Virus record (IMG/VR): IMGVR_UViG_3300049458_000003
Location: 1-55,297 of that record
From: a virus
Taxonomy: Duplodnaviria; Caudoviricetes
Reading direction: 5' to 3' (one strand)
Length of the DNA: 55,297 nt
The notes beneath the pieces were generated by a model that saw nothing but the letters and a program-made list of their open reading frames with translations, had not been told where the DNA came from and ran no database searches. Below, piece by piece: positions 36,569 to 45,784 of the stretch; position 1 is the stretch's first letter; every line of letters starts with the position of its first letter. Made by a program: the position numbers and the translations under genes.

Positions 36569-37160
36569 CCACCGGGGCGACCGCAGTGGCCGTCTGATCG
36601 CGCAATGGGCCGCGTTTGGTCTGCTCGGGATCGCCGTCGCGGGCGTGGGCGTCCTGTCCTACCAGGGCTGGGGGCGCACCACCACGCTGGAGGCGACCGC
36701 TCGCACGCTCGCTCAGCAGGTGTACGACCTGGGTGCCACCCCGCGCGCGTTGCCGCCGGGTATGGCTGGCCCCGATGGGCTCGCTGGCCGCGACGGTCGT
36801 GATGGTCGGGACGGCGTGAACGGTCAAACCCCCGCGTGCGTGAACGAACCGGCGCAATGCCGGGGCCCGGCCGGAACGAACGGCATCGACGGCCGCACGC
36901 CGCCATGCGCGACCGAACCGGGGCAGTGCCAAGGAACCGACGGCCGGAACGGCCGGGATGGCGAGCCATGCACCCCGCCATTCGTGCTGCGCACCGGCCA
37001 CGTGGGCGCCGAGGACGAGGGCACCTACACGCGCGCCATCGTCTGTGTCGACCCGGGCAGTTACACCCCGCCGTCGAGCAGTGTCACCACGATCCCCCCG
37101 ACAACCACCGGGGCGACCCCCACCCCCGACGTTTCCGTCGTCGTTCAAGGAGGCAACTGA
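36561..37160 (+). CDS. Membrane-anchored collagen-like (Gly-X-Y) protein
   Basis: N-terminal TM; GxY runs interrupted by repeated TPxC..EP.QC motifs. Confidence 0.75.
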   Translation: MADHRGDRSGRLIAQWAAFGLLGIAVAGVGVLSYQGWGRTTTLEATARTLAQQVYDLGATPRALPPGMAGPDGLAGRDGRDGRDGVNGQTPACVNEPAQCRGPAGTNGIDGRTPPCATEPGQCQGTDGRNGRDGEPCTPPFVLRTGHVGAEDEGTYTRAIVCVDPGSYTPPSSSVTTIPPTTTGATPTPDVSVVVQGGN

Positions 37161-37942
37161 TGACCTGGCGTGTGGCCGAGAGCCTGAACGTATTGCTGGG
37201 CCAGCTCAACGGCGCGTACCCGAACCGGAGCAAAGCGTCCGACGGAAGTATCGGTGACGCCGCCCACGCGAGCCGCGCGTCAGATCACAACCCCTGGTAC
37301 GAGGTCAACGGTCAGCCGGTCGTCACGGCCCGCGACTACACCAACGACCCGGCGCATGGTGTCGACATCGCCCGCCTGGCCAACGAGTTGGTTTCCAGCC
37401 GGGATGCCCGCATCAAGTACGTCATCGCGAACGCCCGGATCGCCGACTCGCGGCCCGTGACGCGCAACGTCGGCGGGCGGATGTTGACGTACGCCCCGTG
37501 GACCTGGCTGGCGTACACCGGTGAGAACCAGCACCGGCATCACCTGCACCTGTCCGTCGTGGCCAGCCCGGCATGCGATGATCCGCGCCCCTGGAACCTG
37601 CCGATGCTGACCGGCCGCCCAGTCTCTGGCGCCGCAACCCAAGGAGATGACGACATGACCCCCGAGCAGGCCACGCAGCTCGCCGAGATCCACGACCGAC
37701 AGATCGGTTATGGCACCCGCATCGAGGTGATCCAGGAGCAGTTGATCCCCGGCTACGGCGCCCGCATCGAGCACACCGAGGCGATCGTCGCGGGCCTTCA
37801 GGCTGCCGTGGAGACGCTGGCTGGCGCGGTCGCCGGGCAGCACGGCGTGGACCCGGCCGCCCTCAAGGCCGCCGTCGCTGACGCCATCCGCGAGAACGTT
37901 GTCCACGTCCAGGTGGACGTGACCGCACCGAAGGGGTCCTGA
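37160..37942 (+). CDS. Endolysin (Zn metallopeptidase, LAS/M15-like)
   Basis: SDGSIGDAAH..SDHNP, TARD, HRHHLHLSV motifs; next to holin. Confidence 0.8.
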   Translation: MTWRVAESLNVLLGQLNGAYPNRSKASDGSIGDAAHASRASDHNPWYEVNGQPVVTARDYTNDPAHGVDIARLANELVSSRDARIKYVIANARIADSRPVTRNVGGRMLTYAPWTWLAYTGENQHRHHLHLSVVASPACDDPRPWNLPMLTGRPVSGAATQGDDDMTPEQATQLAEIHDRQIGYGTRIEVIQEQLIPGYGARIEHTEAIVAGLQAAVETLAGAVAGQHGVDPAALKAAVADAIRENVVHVQVDVTAPKGS

Positions 37943-37944
37943 TC

Positions 37945-38178
37945 ATGTCCGAGTTCCTGCGCCGCCTCGCCGCGACGAACCCGGTCCTCCTGGCCGGTGG
38001 CGTGCGCGCCGTGCTGCTCGCCCTCGTCGGGCTCGGCTGGCTGGCCCTGGACGACACCGCGATCGCGACGGTCGTCACGGCGGTGGCAGCGGTGTGCGAG
38101 CTGCTGTCCACGCTGCTGGTCCGGGCGACGGTATACAGCCCGGCCACGGTGGACGACCTGATGTCGGAGAAGCCGTGA
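37945..38178 (+). CDS. Holin
   Basis: 77 aa, two TM helices, ends VRATVYSP; follows endolysin. Confidence 0.75.
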   Translation: MSEFLRRLAATNPVLLAGGVRAVLLALVGLGWLALDDTAIATVVTAVAAVCELLSTLLVRATVYSPATVDDLMSEKP

Positions 38179-38240
38179 CCACCCGCGTCCGGGAGACTGG
38201 CCGGATGCCCGCCTGAACGCTCGACCGCCGCGTGTCGAGC

Positions 38241-38282
38241 GGTGAGCCCCCCGACCTGTGATCGATCCTCGGGGGGCTCACC
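38241..38282. terminator. Bidirectional terminator hairpin
   Basis: GGTGAGCCCCCCGA / TCGGGGGGCTCACC between convergent genes. Confidence 0.7.
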
Positions 38283-38286
38283 CATG

Positions 38287-38472
38287 TCACCGGTACCGCT
38301 GCCAATCACCCGGCAGGCGACCCGCCTTGCCCATCCAGTCGTCCAGCGCCCGCGCGTAGTCGACCGCGCGGTGCAGGGCCAGCACGCAACGAGTGAGGTT
38401 GCCCTCACCCTCGTATACCTCCGCGACGGCGATCGCCTCGCGCATCTGGCGGAGGACCTCATCAGGGTCCAT
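38287..38472 (-). CDS. Hypothetical protein
   Basis: MDPDEVL...ALDDWM.K.G.LP.DW, a motif familiar from actinophage small genes. Confidence 0.7.
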   Translation of the reverse strand: MDPDEVLRQMREAIAVAEVYEGEGNLTRCVLALHRAVDYARALDDWMGKAGRLPGDWQRYR

Positions 38473-38666
38473 CAGGCCCAGCCCAGGAACTTGATGCTGA
38501 CCCGCTCGCCGTCTACGGGGTCGTCCTGGAAAAGCTGGGAGGCGTCGTCGCCCCACAACGCCTGGAGGCGCCCGGCGATGGCGTCGCCCTCCATGTCTGC
38601 CCCGCGCGTGTATTTGGTCTCGTCAACCGTCATGTCGTACTCAACGGTCACGCGGATCCGGATCAT
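38472..38666 (-). CDS. Hypothetical protein
   Basis: Coupled overlaps. Confidence 0.6.
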   Translation of the reverse strand: MIRIRVTVEYDMTVDETKYTRGADMEGDAIAGRLQALWGDDASQLFQDDPVDGERVSIKFLGWA

Positions 38667-38899
38667 CGGATGCCCAGGCCGTGGTAGGCGCGGTCCCACG
38701 TCGTACCGTTGGCGCTCACGCTGCGGGTGATCATGCTTTGGGTGCTCCAATCGGGAGCGCAGGCTCGCACCTGCACGCGGCCGTCGTCGTTGCGGGCGAT
38801 GATCAGTACCCCCCCGCCCGATGCCGGAAACACCGTCATGTCTCCGCTGGGCAGCTCGGTGGTGGTCTCGATGGGTGGCGCGTCCTGGTTGTGGGTCAT
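38663..38899 (-). CDS. Hypothetical protein
   Basis: GGAGG RBS. Confidence 0.65.
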   Translation of the reverse strand: MTHNQDAPPIETTTELPSGDMTVFPASGGGVLIIARNDDGRVQVRACAPDWSTQSMITRSVSANGTTWDRAYHGLGIR

Positions 38900-38934
38900 T
38901 CGATGCCTCCGTGATTGTCGTTATCGACCGTGCG

Positions 38935-39111
38935 TCACTTCTGCGAGAGGAAGCGGATAGCCCACTCCGTGTAGGCCATGCGCGGCTGCGCGTTGGATGA
39001 CAGCTCTCGGTACCGGGCATAGCACTCTGTCGAGCGGTGATCACCATCGCAGCCCCCGGCGGCAGGGTCGCAGGGGGCCAGGGGGCGGTCCTCGTTCTGA
39101 GTAGTGGACAT
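38935..39111 (-). CDS. Hypothetical protein (58 aa)
   Basis: ATG after GGGAGACCCGAA cassette box on the minus strand. Confidence 0.65.
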   Translation of the reverse strand: MSTTQNEDRPLAPCDPAAGGCDGDHRSTECYARYRELSSNAQPRMAYTEWAIRFLSQK

Positions 39112-39183
39112 TTCGGGTCTCCCGGGTGAGTCTCGGTTGTTCCGACCAGGGGAACCTTACCCCCTCGACGTGGGGGGTGTCAA
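39112..39183 (-). promoter_or_regulatory. Promoter cassette copy (minus): TTGACA-18-TAAGGT + GAACAACC..GGGAGACCCGAA
   Basis: Promoter part differs by one base from the 9294 copy. Confidence 0.85.
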
Positions 39184-39695
39184 TCCACGAGGCGGGCCGG
39201 TTTGACCATCGCCGTCACGTGGGGCTTCTCGCCGAGAACCTCGGCCATGCGGCGAGCCCCGTCCTCTGTCCTGAGGGTAAGCGTGTGCGTGAGGCTCAGA
39301 ACTCCCGCCTCTTGCCACACCACCTCCCATTCGATCCCTTGCGGGACAGGCGCGTAGGTGTCCCCCGCAAGAACCGCCCAGGTGGCACCGTGCACCAACA
39401 CCGGCACCAGTTCGGGGTGATCCTCCGACTGGGGCAGGAGGTACCCGCGCGGCTCGGACCACGACCGCAACATGTGCACTGAGTCCGGCTTCAGGTTGTG
39501 CACGTCCGGGTGTAGCGCCAGGACGTTCGGCAGCGTGTCCGTGTCCGGCCGCGAGGTGCCACCCATCCCCTTGGGGCGCCGGTGATGCAGGTCCCAGCGG
39601 GTCGGCAGGGGTCGCCCCGACGCCTCGCAGCGACCACCGGAGCGCGCCCATGCGGCCTCGCGCAGCTTGCCCATGTCCACTCTCTTTCTCGCCAT
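39180..39695 (-). CDS. HNH-family endonuclease-like protein
   Basis: RSGGRCE...DLHHRRPKGMGG...NVLALH...H; leaderless start 7 nt after TAGCAT. Confidence 0.75.
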   Translation of the reverse strand: MARKRVDMGKLREAAWARSGGRCEASGRPLPTRWDLHHRRPKGMGGTSRPDTDTLPNVLALHPDVHNLKPDSVHMLRSWSEPRGYLLPQSEDHPELVPVLVHGATWAVLAGDTYAPVPQGIEWEVVWQEAGVLSLTHTLTLRTEDGARRMAEVLGEKPHVTAMVKPARLVD

Positions 39696-39752
39696 GCCCC
39701 CCATGCTAGCCCCCGGGGGATGGGGTATGGTTCGGGGGGAAAGGAGTCAACC

Positions 39753-40250
39753 ATGAGCACACCCGCCAAGGCTCGGTGCTTCAGGCTGAGCGAGTTCGCG
39801 GCCTGGGTGTTGAGCGACGACGCGACCACACTGGATGAGGCCCGCGCCCGCGCCCGCGACGCCCTGGCCGCGAGCAAGGGCAACTCCGGGTCGTCCGACC
39901 CGGCCGTGATCATCGCCGAGGTCCACGTCGCGACGTCCGTCTGGAAGGCGGCCCAGATTCGGGCCCGCCGCCAGGCCCAGGTCGCCTCGGCGGTCTGCGT
40001 ACAGGTCCTGATGGCCGCCGCGAGGTCTGCGGATGTTGCCGCTGGGCCGCCGTCCGCGCCCCGGCGCATCGAGGCTGTCCGGCACCGCGTGCGATTCAGG
40101 ATGGACCGCGAGTCGTACGTGGGGTGTCGGGAACGACTGGCCCGCGTGGGCATCTCGATCACCGAGGCTACCGAAGACGGTCTCCGTCATTACGCCCAGG
40201 AAGGAACGTTCACCGATGCCACCCCGCGCAAGGCAGGCTCAACCCGTTGA
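39753..40250 (+). CDS. Hypothetical protein, possible C-terminal ribbon-helix-helix
   Basis: AAGGAG RBS; RVRFRMD..Y..CRERL...GISITEATEDGLRHY. Confidence 0.6.
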   Translation: MSTPAKARCFRLSEFAAWVLSDDATTLDEARARARDALAASKGNSGSSDPAVIIAEVHVATSVWKAAQIRARRQAQVASAVCVQVLMAAARSADVAAGPPSAPRRIEAVRHRVRFRMDRESYVGCRERLARVGISITEATEDGLRHYAQEGTFTDATPRKAGSTR

Positions 40251-41124
40251 GCCCGACACGGCAACCGCCAACCCGACCGACCCGATGGAGGGCGACACGG
40301 GGGTGACCACCCAGGCCGCCCCCGGCGTGCAACTCAACCTGCCGCCGTACATCGTCACGTCGTTGCCGTCGGTGGATCAGCACCCGGTCGCGATCCCGCC
40401 TGAACGGCCCAAGCCGCGCGGTGTGCAGGGGAAGATCCTGGAGTTGATGCGCCTGGTGCACGTCGTCGCCAAGGGTCAGCAGGCCGATCACACCGGCGGG
40501 AGGTACGCCTATCGCGGCATTGACGATGCCCTCAACGCGGTGGGCGACGCGCTCCGGGAGGTCGGCCTGCTTGTCCGGCCGGTGATCCATTCCATCGACT
40601 ACGAAACCGAGCGGGTCGTCAACGGGACGAAAACCACCATCTGGACCTCGGCGCGGGTGTCCCTGAGTTACGTGTTCACGGACCCGGTCGACGGGTCCGA
40701 GTTCGCCATGCAAATGGTCGGCGAGGCCCGCGATCTCGCCGACAAGGCCACCGGCAAGGCCGTGTCCGTCGCCACCCGTGAGGCGTTGCTCAAGGGCCTC
40801 ATGGTGCCGGTCGCGGCGGGCGGGTACGAGGACGCCGAGGCGTCACACCCCGAGGTCAGTTACGAACCGGCGCCACCAGTCCTCGGCAACCACGAACGCG
40901 CCCAGCTCGCCCGCACGTGGTTGCAGAAGACGGGTCTCACCCTGGCCGAGCTGGATGAGGCATGGCGCGTCGCCGAGCGGGACGGGCTGCTGGACGAGTC
41001 CATCGACGCCAGCCCGGGTGCCACGCTGCGGATGGTGATGACCGCCGTGCGGCTCACCCTGGCCCCGGACGACCGTCACACCGGTTACGGCGATACCGAC
41101 GACCAACCCAGCAACCGCTGGTGA
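40216..41124 (+). CDS. ERF-family ssDNA-annealing protein
   Basis: YAYRGIDD...GEARDLADKATGKAVSVA.R.AL. Confidence 0.85.
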   Translation: MPPRARQAQPVEPDTATANPTDPMEGDTGVTTQAAPGVQLNLPPYIVTSLPSVDQHPVAIPPERPKPRGVQGKILELMRLVHVVAKGQQADHTGGRYAYRGIDDALNAVGDALREVGLLVRPVIHSIDYETERVVNGTKTTIWTSARVSLSYVFTDPVDGSEFAMQMVGEARDLADKATGKAVSVATREALLKGLMVPVAAGGYEDAEASHPEVSYEPAPPVLGNHERAQLARTWLQKTGLTLAELDEAWRVAERDGLLDESIDASPGATLRMVMTAVRLTLAPDDRHTGYGDTDDQPSNRW

Positions 41125-41630
41125 ACACTTCACCGTGCTGTGGCGTCAGGCCCGAAAGTATCGACGGGGTGGAGTTCTGCCCGAAGTGCAACGCGATCCT
41201 CGGCGAACCGGCCGACCGAACCCCCGCGCCCCGTCGGGAGCCGGGGGTCATGGACCGCCTGCAAGCGCTGGACCCGCGCCAGCCGTACACGCCCGTGGAG
41301 ATCGAGCAGCGCATCCTGGACGCGGTCAACCGACTGGAACGGGGCATCCTCCACGAGGCCCGCCTGGTTCAGGAGGCGGAGCAGCTCAAAACCGAGTTTG
41401 AGCTGGCGTACGCCAAAGCGGTTTACGCCAGCAACGCGGGCGCCGCCGACGTCCGCAAAGCGGATGCCCTCATCGCGTGCGAGACCAAGTTGCGACGCCT
41501 CCGCGCCAAGGAGGCGGAGCGCGACGCCATGAAGGGCGTGCTGCATTCCCTGCGCTCGGCGCTGTCGGGGTATCAGTCCGTGGGCCGATCGGTGACGGCG
41601 GCCTACCAAACCGGCGGAGGCAACCGATGA
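41121..41630 (+). CDS. Hypothetical coiled-coil protein (recombination module)
   Basis: GTGA overlap; helical; lies between ERF and SSB. Confidence 0.7.
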   Translation: MNTSPCCGVRPESIDGVEFCPKCNAILGEPADRTPAPRREPGVMDRLQALDPRQPYTPVEIEQRILDAVNRLERGILHEARLVQEAEQLKTEFELAYAKAVYASNAGAADVRKADALIACETKLRRLRAKEAERDAMKGVLHSLRSALSGYQSVGRSVTAAYQTGGGNR

Positions 41631-41815
41631 TCACCACCCTGGTCCTTGAGGGCTACACGCAAGCGGAGTTGGCGGACGCGCTCACCGTGGCGCGGCGCAA
41701 CCTGGCGCGGTTCCGGACCGCCCTGGCCGAGATGGTCGGGCATGACCACGAAGGAGACGAGGACTTGATCAATCGAGTGGGCAAGCTCATCCCGGGGGCG
41801 CACGATGGCTGGTGA
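41627..41815 (+). CDS. Hypothetical protein
   Basis: GGAGG RBS. Confidence 0.6.
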   Translation: MITTLVLEGYTQAELADALTVARRNLARFRTALAEMVGHDHEGDEDLINRVGKLIPGAHDGW

Positions 41816-42281
41816 AACCACGATCACCGTGGTCGGGAACCTGACCGCCGATCCCGACCTGCGATTCACGCCGTCCGGTCACGCCGTTGCCACGTTCACC
41901 GTGGCGGCTACCCCCCGGAACTTCGACAAGGCCACCAACCAGTGGCAGGACGGCGACGCCCTGTTCATGCGCTGCTCTGGGTGGCGTCAGCTTGCCGAGA
42001 ACATCGCCGAGACCCTCACCCGGGGCATGCGCGTCGTGGTGACGGGCAGGCTGAAGCAGCGCTCGTTCGAGACTCGCGAGGGTGAGAAGCGCACCGTGAT
42101 CGAGCTGGACGTGGAGGAAGTCGGCCCGTCCCTGAAGTACGCCACCGCCAAGGTCAACAAGGCCAGCCGGGACGGCGGCGGCGGCCAGCGCCAGTCGGCG
42201 CAGACGGCGGACGACCCCTGGACGGTGTCGGCCCCCGCGCCCGGCAGGGAGCAATGGGGTGGGGGTGAGCCGCCGTTTTGA
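41805..42281 (+). CDS. ssb: Single-stranded DNA-binding protein
   Basis: [25 protein letters not shown]...EPPF, typical actinobacterial SSB. Confidence 0.97.
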   Translation: MAGETTITVVGNLTADPDLRFTPSGHAVATFTVAATPRNFDKATNQWQDGDALFMRCSGWRQLAENIAETLTRGMRVVVTGRLKQRSFETREGEKRTVIELDVEEVGPSLKYATAKVNKASRDGGGGQRQSAQTADDPWTVSAPAPGREQWGGGEPPF

Positions 42282-42284
42282 CGG

Positions 42285-42313
42285 TTGACCACCCCCTCGC
42301 ATGGGGGTAGGGT
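42285..42313 (+). promoter_or_regulatory. Promoter cassette copy: TTGACC-17-TAGGGT (leaderless)
   Basis: ATG lies 6 nt after the -10. Confidence 0.8.
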
Positions 42314-42319
42314 GGGGGC

Positions 42320-42562
42320 ATGACAACGACTCATGTCCCCACCGCCCTGGTCTCCGAGGTCGACAACCAGGGCGAGGACTGCCACCACTGCGAAGAGATC
42401 GGGGCCGTCGTCGCGGTCAACCTGTACTGGGTCGATTTCGCCACCGGCCGCGACGGCATCGAAAGTTGCTGCCTGGGATGCGCCCGCACCCTCAGCCGTC
42501 GCCTATCCGACGACGGGAAGGTCGCGACCCTCGCGGAGATTCCCTCCGCCCTGGAGGTCTGA
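42320..42562 (+). CDS. Small Zn-binding protein
   Basis: CHHC...CCLGC. Confidence 0.65.
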   Translation: MTTTHVPTALVSEVDNQGEDCHHCEEIGAVVAVNLYWVDFATGRDGIESCCLGCARTLSRRLSDDGKVATLAEIPSALEV

Positions 42563-42916
42563 ATGAACGACCACGGCCAGCACGATCTGATCAACTGGCT
42601 GGAAGAGGTGTTCGGGAGCGAACTGCCCCCTGCGCGACGTCGTGTCATCGCGCAGGGGGCAGTCGCCGTGCTGTGGCCAGCCATCCGGATCGGCACGTAC
42701 CGCGAGCTGGCGACCGCCCTGACGGCCCCCCACCCCGTGGTCGCGGCGGCCCTGCTCGACGCCGCGACCTGTTACGAGAAGGAGATGCACGGTGACGACC
42801 CCCCCGACCGACGCGACGCGGCTGATGCCGCTGGAACCCCTGAGCCCGTTGACACCGTTGGAGTTCGGCCAACAGTTGCGCCACCGCCTGGAGCTGGAGA
42901 TCCGGGCGCAGCGTGA
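42563..42916 (+). CDS. Hypothetical protein
   Basis: GGAGG RBS. Confidence 0.55.
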   Translation: MNDHGQHDLINWLEEVFGSELPPARRRVIAQGAVAVLWPAIRIGTYRELATALTAPHPVVAAALLDAATCYEKEMHGDDPPDRRDAADAAGTPEPVDTVGVRPTVAPPPGAGDPGAA

Positions 42917-43496
42917 CGCGCGGACCGTCCACACGCCCGAGGACACCTGGCCGCTGGTGCGGTCCCTGGCTGCCACGAGCGAGCGCCTGCACGACTATGT
43001 GGCGGCGCTCAGCTCCACCGCGCAATACGTCCGGCTCGAACTGGGGGACGAACTCCTGGCCGCCGTGGGCGACCAGGACGCCATCCCCAACTCCGGGATG
43101 GTGGTCCCGGACCACGACGGGACCGTTATCAAGATCGACAAGGACGAGACGAACTCCCACGACATCGACGCCGCGAGCGTGTCCGCCGCCGTGATCGCCG
43201 CCGTCCTGCGCGAGAGCCGCGACAGCGAACCCGCCTGGGCCGACGACGACACGGACGACACGTACCGCGACCGATACGAGGAATGGATGGCAGACGTCCT
43301 GATGACCACCATTACCACGTACGTGGGCCTCGGCAGCTTCAGTCTCCAGGTCTCCAAGGTTCGGGAGTTCGCGCGCCTGCTGGCGACCGGACGCGATGAC
43401 ACCATGTCGTCGGTGGTCTCGTCGGCGATCCGGACCACCCGGAAGTACAGGGGGGTCAAGTGGGCGCGTCAACAGCCCAAGCCGAAGAAGCCTTGA
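42792..43496 (+). CDS. Hypothetical protein
   Basis: AAGGAG RBS; GC3-rich; start uncertain because of overlap. Confidence 0.7.
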   Translation: MTTPPTDATRLMPLEPLSPLTPLEFGQQLRHRLELEIRAQRDARTVHTPEDTWPLVRSLAATSERLHDYVAALSSTAQYVRLELGDELLAAVGDQDAIPNSGMVVPDHDGTVIKIDKDETNSHDIDAASVSAAVIAAVLRESRDSEPAWADDDTDDTYRDRYEEWMADVLMTTITTYVGLGSFSLQVSKVREFARLLATGRDDTMSSVVSSAIRTTRKYRGVKWARQQPKPKKP

Positions 43497-43702
43497 GGGC
43501 GCTCGTGCGGGCACGGGCCATCGTCATCGGGTTATCCCGCCAGGCGAGCCCCGCCGACGTGGCCACCGCCCGCTCCGGGCTGGCGACGGAGATCGACCTG
43601 GCCGCACGGGCGCTGGGGGATTCGACCCTGGCAACGCGGGCGCGCGCCGCGTACAAGGCAGGCGCCCCAGCCCCCGACGAGCTGGGTTTACCCTTCGACT
43701 GA
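43493..43702 (+). CDS. Hypothetical protein
   Basis: TTGA overlap; ends LPFD. Confidence 0.45.
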   Translation: MRALVRARAIVIGLSRQASPADVATARSGLATEIDLAARALGDSTLATRARAAYKAGAPAPDELGLPFD

Positions 43703-43765
43703 GCGAGGTGCGGCCCGTCCCCCGGAAGAGGGACGGGCCGCCGAGCAACACAGGTACCACCACCA

Positions 43766-44644
43766 GTGACTCGAAAGGGACAGTACTTGAGCAAGGTCAT
43801 TCGGTCCAACAAGCCCACCGATCACTACGTGATCATCCGAAACGAGTTCCTCCGCGACGCGCGCCTGAGCCTGAAGGCGAGGGGGCTCGGGGCGTGGATG
43901 ATGACGCACTCGGACGGCTGGAACCTCAGCCTTCGCAGCATCTCAGCCCAGACCGGGGCGGGCATCGACGCCGTCGCGTCAGGGCTCCGCGAACTGGAGG
44001 CGTTGGGGTACCTCCAGCGTGAACAGACGGTCGACGAACAGGGCCGCCGGGGCGGGATGGACTACGAGATCTCGGACGTGCCCAGTCGCGACCCGCGCCT
44101 GACACCCTGGGGGGAGACCCCCGACGTGGACACCGCGCCGGGGGAAGCCGCGACCGGGGAAGACCGTGACCGGAAAACCCGTGTGCGGCCAGTCCACACG
44201 CTTAAGAAGAACATCTCTAAGAAGACCAACAAACAAGAAGACCAACTAGAAGAATCCAGCACGCCTGGCGGCGCACTGGCGAACGACGCCGTCCCGGCGC
44301 TGTTCGCCGAGCCCGAGCCCGAGCCGACGCAGGCCAAGCCCAAGCCGCCCGCCGACGACCTAGCCAGGTGGTGGTACGACGCCAACGGGGGGCTCGTGAA
44401 CTACATGGCGGCCCGTGGCGTGATCAAGAAGGGCCTGGGGGCGGGGCACTCGCCGGACGCCATCCGCGCCGCCCTGGCCCGGCTCAAGGCCAAGAACCTC
44501 GGGCTGAGCGCGGAGACGCTCCGCCGCGCGCTCACCGACAAACCCAGCAACCGTGACGTGGCGCCGCCTGCCGAGTGGACACCGTGGGACGTTGACGCCA
44601 TGCGAGCCGAGACGGCACGCATCCAAGCCGCCTGGGGGAAGTAG
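43766..44644 (+). CDS. Replication initiator with N-terminal HTH (lambda O-like architecture)
   Basis: YVIIRNEFLRDARLSLKARGL...W...GIDAVASGLRELEALGYL; precedes a DnaC-like gene. Confidence 0.82.
   Translation: MTRKGQYLSKVIRSNKPTDHYVIIRNEFLRDARLSLKARGLGAWMMTHSDGWNLSLRSISAQTGAGIDAVASGLRELEALGYLQREQTVDEQGRRGGMDYEISDVPSRDPRLTPWGETPDVDTAPGEAATGEDRDRKTRVRPVHTLKKNISKKTNKQEDQLEESSTPGGALANDAVPALFAEPEPEPTQAKPKPPADDLARWWYDANGGLVNYMAARGVIKKGLGAGHSPDAIRAALARLKAKNLGLSAETLRRALTDKPSNRDVAPPAEWTPWDVDAMRAETARIQAAWGK
44137..44256 (+). repeat. Putative replication origin (iteron-like repeats and A-rich tract)
   Basis: Three CCGG-RRA..CCGYG repeats, then AAGAAGACCAAC x2 within the initiator gene. Confidence 0.5.
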
Positions 44645-44701
44645 ATGCCCGCAACGCATGTCACTGGCTCCGGCCCCCCCGCGTCGGGGTACGATTGGGG
44701 C

Positions 44702-45388
44702 GTGAACGATTCGCGCCGCCTGTCGAAGCGCTGGGACGATGTCCTGGCGCGTCAGCTTGGCGACCGCCTGGACCGTGTGCGCGCCGCCGCCGAGGCACTC
44801 CCGGATGATTGGGCTGAGCAGCGCGAGCAACAGATCATGGGCGAGTGGAACGCGCGCAAGGCGGAAGTGTGCCTGGCCCGCATCCCGCTCACATACCGAC
44901 AGGCCATGCCACACCATGACCTCACCCGCCGGTGGATGGCCGCGTACCGCGCGGGCCGACGTCACAACTTCGTCATCACCGGCCCCAGTCGCACCGGGAA
45001 GACATGGGAGGCGGCGGCCATCGCGTGCGCCCTGCTCCGCGACGCCGTCCCGGTCCTGATGATCGAGGCCCCGGAGATGATGGCGACGCTGCGCCCCGGC
45101 GCGGACGGCAACGTCGACATCGGCCAATACCAGGTGACCCCGGTGCTGGTCATTGATGACCTGGGTGCGGAGAAGGCGACCGACTGGACCAGTGAGCAGC
45201 TTTACCGGGTGCTGAACTTCCGGGCCAACCGGAAACTGCCGGTGATCATCACGACGAACCTGGACGTCGCGGGGTTCCGCGCGCACTGCGGTGAGCGCGT
45301 GTATCGGCGCATCGCGGACGACGCGGGCCTGCTCGCGATCACCACCGCGCCGCCCGGAACCAGCCGCGAATTCGGGGCCGGGCTGTGA
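44702..45388 (+). CDS. DnaC/IstB-like AAA+ ATPase (helicase loader)
   Basis: Walker A GPSRTGKT, Walker B LVIDDLG, IITTN; leaderless GTG after TACGAT (alternative start 44645). Confidence 0.9.
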   Translation: MNDSRRLSKRWDDVLARQLGDRLDRVRAAAEALPDDWAEQREQQIMGEWNARKAEVCLARIPLTYRQAMPHHDLTRRWMAAYRAGRRHNFVITGPSRTGKTWEAAAIACALLRDAVPVLMIEAPEMMATLRPGADGNVDIGQYQVTPVLVIDDLGAEKATDWTSEQLYRVLNFRANRKLPVIITTNLDVAGFRAHCGERVYRRIADDAGLLAITTAPPGTSREFGAGL

Positions 45389-45780
45389 CCGAGGGGAGGA
45401 CGTGGGCGCTCAGACTCCCGTACGGGCGCCCACCCCTCAGCCTGAACCGGAGCCTTCACCCGAAGGCCGCGCACCGGCTCAAGAAGCGCATTAAGTCCGA
45501 CACCCACTGGATCGCGAAAGCGCAGCGCATCCCACGCCTGGAGTTCGCCGAAGTGCTGTTGGTGTGGCACAAGATGAACAACTGCACCGCCGACGCTGAC
45601 AACATCGCAGCGACGCTCAAGCCCGCCTTGGATGGGCTGGTCGCGGCGGGTGTTTTCGTCGACGACGACGGGCGGACGGTGTGCACTGGGCAGCGGATAA
45701 CATACCCAGGCAAGGGCAAGCGACGCCCGTATGACGTTCTTGAGCTGCGGATTCGCGAGCTGACCGAGATGCCCGACTAG
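45385..45780 (+). CDS. RusA-like Holliday junction resolvase
   Basis: PPLSLN...DADNIAATLKPALDGLVAAGVFVDD. Confidence 0.85.
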   Translation: MTEGRTWALRLPYGRPPLSLNRSLHPKAAHRLKKRIKSDTHWIAKAQRIPRLEFAEVLLVWHKMNNCTADADNIAATLKPALDGLVAAGVFVDDDGRTVCTGQRITYPGKGKRRPYDVLELRIRELTEMPD

Positions 45781-45784
45781 GGGA

